A stretch of 46,129 nt of DNA from an uncultured Victivallaceae bacterium (GTDB taxonomy: Bacteria > Verrucomicrobiota > Lentisphaeria > Victivallales > Victivallaceae). The notes beneath the pieces were generated by a model. The model ran no database searches and was not told the origin of the DNA. It was given only the letters and a program-made list of their open reading frames with translations. Shown here one piece after another: positions 43,833 through 46,129 of the stretch. Both the position numbers and the translations under genes were made by a program. The stretch lies in contig CAZRFG010000001.1 of assembly GCA_964599205.1 (NCBI GenBank), forward strand, positions 1-46,129, in the 5' to 3' direction. The first letter of the stretch is position 1, and every line of letters starts with the position of its first letter.

Positions 43833-45551
43833 ATGACTCTGTGCAAAAGAATTCTGGCTTCTCTGATCGCGGCGCTGCCGCTGCTCCGGGCCGGCGCCGA
43901 TGCCGCGGCGGAGGTTCGCGCGAATCTCGCCGCGATGCCCCGGCCGTGGCAGGCCTCCGCCTACCGTCCGGCCTCGCCGGAAGCGGAAATCTACAGCGGC
44001 CGGGTCAATGTCCGCGGAGTCGAGAAGCTCACCTGGCCGCTTTATCAGGCGGCGCTCCGGTTGTGGAGTGAAAAATACGAATACGTGCGGCTGGAAACGG
44101 TCGGATATTCGCTGGAAAACGATCCGATCTACGCCATCAGCATCACCAATCCGAAAATTCCCGACGACCAGAAATTCCATCTGCTGTTGACCGCCAATCA
44201 CTCCGGGGCGGAGCGTTCCGGGCTTCACGCCATGATGGCGGTGCTGGAATATCTGGTTTCCGACCAGGCGGCCCGATATCGCGACAAATATGAAATCAGG
44301 GCCATTCCCTGCGGTAATATTTTCGGTTTCTTCCGCAGCGAAGCGGCCAACAACAGCCGCAAAATCGATCCCTACGCCGCCGGCCGGGGAAGTTTCTGGG
44401 ACGTCCCCCGATTGACCCCGAAAAAAACCGAAGACACGCCCGAGATCGTCGCGATGATGAAAGTCGTCGATGAATTCCAGCCGGAAATCATGCTCGATTT
44501 TCATGGTGTCGGCCGCAGCGTCCCCGGCGAAATCATGACCCAGTATATCGGCGGCGCCGGCAGCAACCACAGTCTGCTGCCATGGGCCCGCCGCCTCGTC
44601 GAAGCCGCCCGGGCGGGGGCCAAAGCCAACGGTTCGCCGGCCTGGCCGTGCGAAGAAAACCTGCAGCGGCTGACCCCGCCCCCGGCGGCGCTGCCCGAGC
44701 ACAAGGCGAAATTCCGCGATTCGGGCGCCTACTTCTACAGTCCGATGTATCCCTATCTCAAATGCCACACCGCGGTGCTCTTCTTTGAAATCGGCTACGA
44801 AGCGATGGCGGTCGGCGGGGTCCGGGGCATACTCGACTTCGGGCTCAATCCGCCGCCGGATCTGCACGGGTCGCTGCCGGTGGACAATGTGCGGACCGAC
44901 TGGGGAGGGTTTTTAATTCAGGCCTGGGGCGTCACTCCCGGCGAGCGCCGCCGGAGCCGGGTCGAGTTGTGGAACCGGAACGACGCGATGATCTCGATGG
45001 TGCTGGCGCCGCCGCAAACCTACCGGATCGTCCGGGCGGCGGCCTTCGGCCCGGAGGGTTTGAAGGAAATTTACGGCCAGACCCCGGTCGCGCTGTCGCT
45101 CAATTTGAAAAGTTCCGGGCTGTTTGAAAACCGGGCCGATACCGGAGAATACTCCTGGAGCGCCATCCGCCAGTTCATCAAGCTGGGCCCGGAAGTCAAT
45201 TTCACTCACGCCAATGCCATCAACTTCAACGAGCTATCCAGCGGCGTCCCGCCGCAGCACGGAATCGCTTTCGCGATCGATATTCAGCTGCCCGCGCAGT
45301 ATCGCCCGGAGCTGCTGGACATCCGGCTCAACGGCTTCACTTTGCCGCCGGACGCCCGGGACGGCTATGAGCTGTTCCCGCACGACTTCGGCTGGCGGCT
45401 GCGGGTCAATGTGCCGCCGGAAAAATCGCAGCGCATGCGCTCCTATTTCATCACTTGCGCTTACCGGACCGACGCCCCGGTCGCCTGGGGCTGGCAAATC
45501 CCGGCAGAGGTCAAGACCCGGGCCCAAACCCTGCCCGACCTCCGTAAATAA
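43833..45551 (+). CDS. Secreted M14 zinc-carboxypeptidase-like protein (atypical metal motif)
   Basis: Signal peptide MTLCKRILASLIAALPLLRAGADA. GYSLENDPIYAISI.., LLTANHSGAERSG (H-x3-E rather than H-x2-E), and MLDFHGVG (second His context). A GTG at 43818 is an alternative start. Confidence 0.45.
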   Translation: MTLCKRILASLIAALPLLRAGADAAAEVRANLAAMPRPWQASAYRPASPEAEIYSGRVNVRGVEKLTWPLYQAALRLWSEKYEYVRLETVGYSLENDPIYAISITNPKIPDDQKFHLLLTANHSGAERSGLHAMMAVLEYLVSDQAARYRDKYEIRAIPCGNIFGFFRSEAANNSRKIDPYAAGRGSFWDVPRLTPKKTEDTPEIVAMMKVVDEFQPEIMLDFHGVGRSVPGEIMTQYIGGAGSNHSLLPWARRLVEAARAGAKANGSPAWPCEENLQRLTPPPAALPEHKAKFRDSGAYFYSPMYPYLKCHTAVLFFEIGYEAMAVGGVRGILDFGLNPPPDLHGSLPVDNVRTDWGGFLIQAWGVTPGERRRSRVELWNRNDAMISMVLAPPQTYRIVRAAAFGPEGLKEIYGQTPVALSLNLKSSGLFENRADTGEYSWSAIRQFIKLGPEVNFTHANAINFNELSSGVPPQHGIAFAIDIQLPAQYRPELLDIRLNGFTLPPDARDGYELFPHDFGWRLRVNVPPEKSQRMRSYFITCAYRTDAPVAWGWQIPAEVKTRAQTLPDLRK

Positions 45552-45732
45552 CCGGAACGGAAAAAGCGCTGATGCCGGATTGCGGCGACGGGACGGAAGC
45601 CGTCGCCCCAAAAAGAGCTTATTCTGACAGACGGATTTCGTGCCGGCAGGGGAATTATTGATGGCGGCGTAAACCCAACCCCATAAGCGGTAATAACGTT
45701 CGCTCCCGGGATGAATTTTAAAATATGAATGA

Positions 45733-46128
45733 TCAAACGGGCAGGTCACTCGGTGCCTTGCATGCATTCCGCAATACCTCTCCCGGCGGGGCGTTGAATC
45801 TCGGGTCCGGAGGGCCTCCGGGGCGTGATGAAGGCCCCCGCGGCCATATCGGCGGACCTGCGACGGCGTAAATAATGAAGCAGGCTTCATCAACCTTGTC
45901 AAATGCGCCAGCCCGACCATGGCTTGAAGCTTTGCCGCAATCCGTCCGATGAAAAAAGAAAATACTTCCCCGGTTTTCACGCCATGCCAGAACCGGCGGC
46001 AAGGGATTGGCCTTGACCGCGGCAGCCGCCAGCGCGTGCGGCCCGAATGCCGCGACCAAATCCGCCAGCCGGCGTTCCAGCAGGTCCAGGTCGTAGAGCA
46101 CGAAGGCCGTGTCTTTCTCCCGGACCAT
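45733..46128 (-). pseudogene. Possible truncated gene: the first ~49 codons resemble a fold-III PLP decarboxylase (Orn/DAP/Arg decarboxylase family), the rest is unrelated
   Basis: ATG at 46128. TAFVLYDLDLLERRLADLVAAFGPHALAAAAVKANPLPPVLAW matches the N-terminal strand plus the PLP-Lys (VKAN) motif. After about 45982 the frame continues in AT-richer sequence with no family resemblance, to a stop at 45733. Confidence 0.35.
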
Positions 46129-46129
46129 G

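Noticed and set aside
45584-45607. 8-bp GC-rich hairpin (GGCGACGG..CCGTCGCC) after the M14-like gene, considered as an intrinsic terminator
   Set aside because: On the plus strand it is followed by CCAAAAAG (an A-run, not a U-run). On the minus strand the T-run precedes the stem. Neither orientation fits a canonical Rho-independent terminator.
1-46129. Search for CRISPR arrays, tandem repeats over 20 bp, transposase/integrase genes, toxin-antitoxin pairs or known defence genes
   Set aside because: I could not see any regularly spaced direct repeats, IS-like terminal inverted repeats, recombinase motifs or small paired ORFs of TA type. The window reads as metabolic and regulatory core or accessory DNA, not a mobile or defence island.

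Overview
GC-rich bacterial chromosomal segment, densely coding and dominated by glycan and sugar-acid catabolism and its regulation. Two proteins carry a prepilin-type N-terminus ([23 protein letters not shown]) plus an H-X9-DG-like C-terminal motif. I recall this family as hugely expanded in the PVC superphylum (Lentisphaerota, Kiritimatiellota, Verrucomicrobiota, Planctomycetota), so that is my guess at the origin. I support about 35 CDS.

Gene organisation:
- A plus-strand operon (509-8842) opens with an in-frame fusion of a GntR HTH to a full GH38 alpha-mannosidase. It continues with a pilin-like gene and three secreted proteins of unknown function.
- A minus-strand unit holds a FadR-type regulator, a DHDPS/NAL-family aldolase and two small Cys-motif paralogs.
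- A LysR-controlled plus-strand cassette encodes Fe-S hydro-lyase alpha and beta subunits plus a DUF1446/DUF4387-like pair.
- A four-gene minus-strand operon encodes an HpcH aldolase and three oxidoreductases, with every junction overlapping by 4 nt.
- An 18-kb, 13-gene minus-strand operon (41487 down to 23533) mixes secreted glycan-active proteins, a second GH38, an MFS transporter and cytoplasmic sugar-acid and amino-sugar enzymes.
- Two paralogous GntR-HTH/LacI-type-sensor regulators are present.

No rRNA, tRNA, CRISPR array, transposase or integrase was recognised.

Most interesting observations:
- The GntR-GH38 fusion.
- An identical 11-bp palindrome, TGTATAATACA, at both hybrid-regulator loci.
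- A dispersed TTTTCGAAAA palindrome confined to AT-rich non-coding islands.
- Near-perfect TTGACA-17-TATAAT/TATACT promoters.
- The uncharacterised Fe-S hydro-lyase/DUF1446/DUF4387 cassette.
- An 830-bp gene-free gap.
- A decarboxylase gene fragment at the right edge.

All protein family calls come from motif recognition by eye, not from searches.
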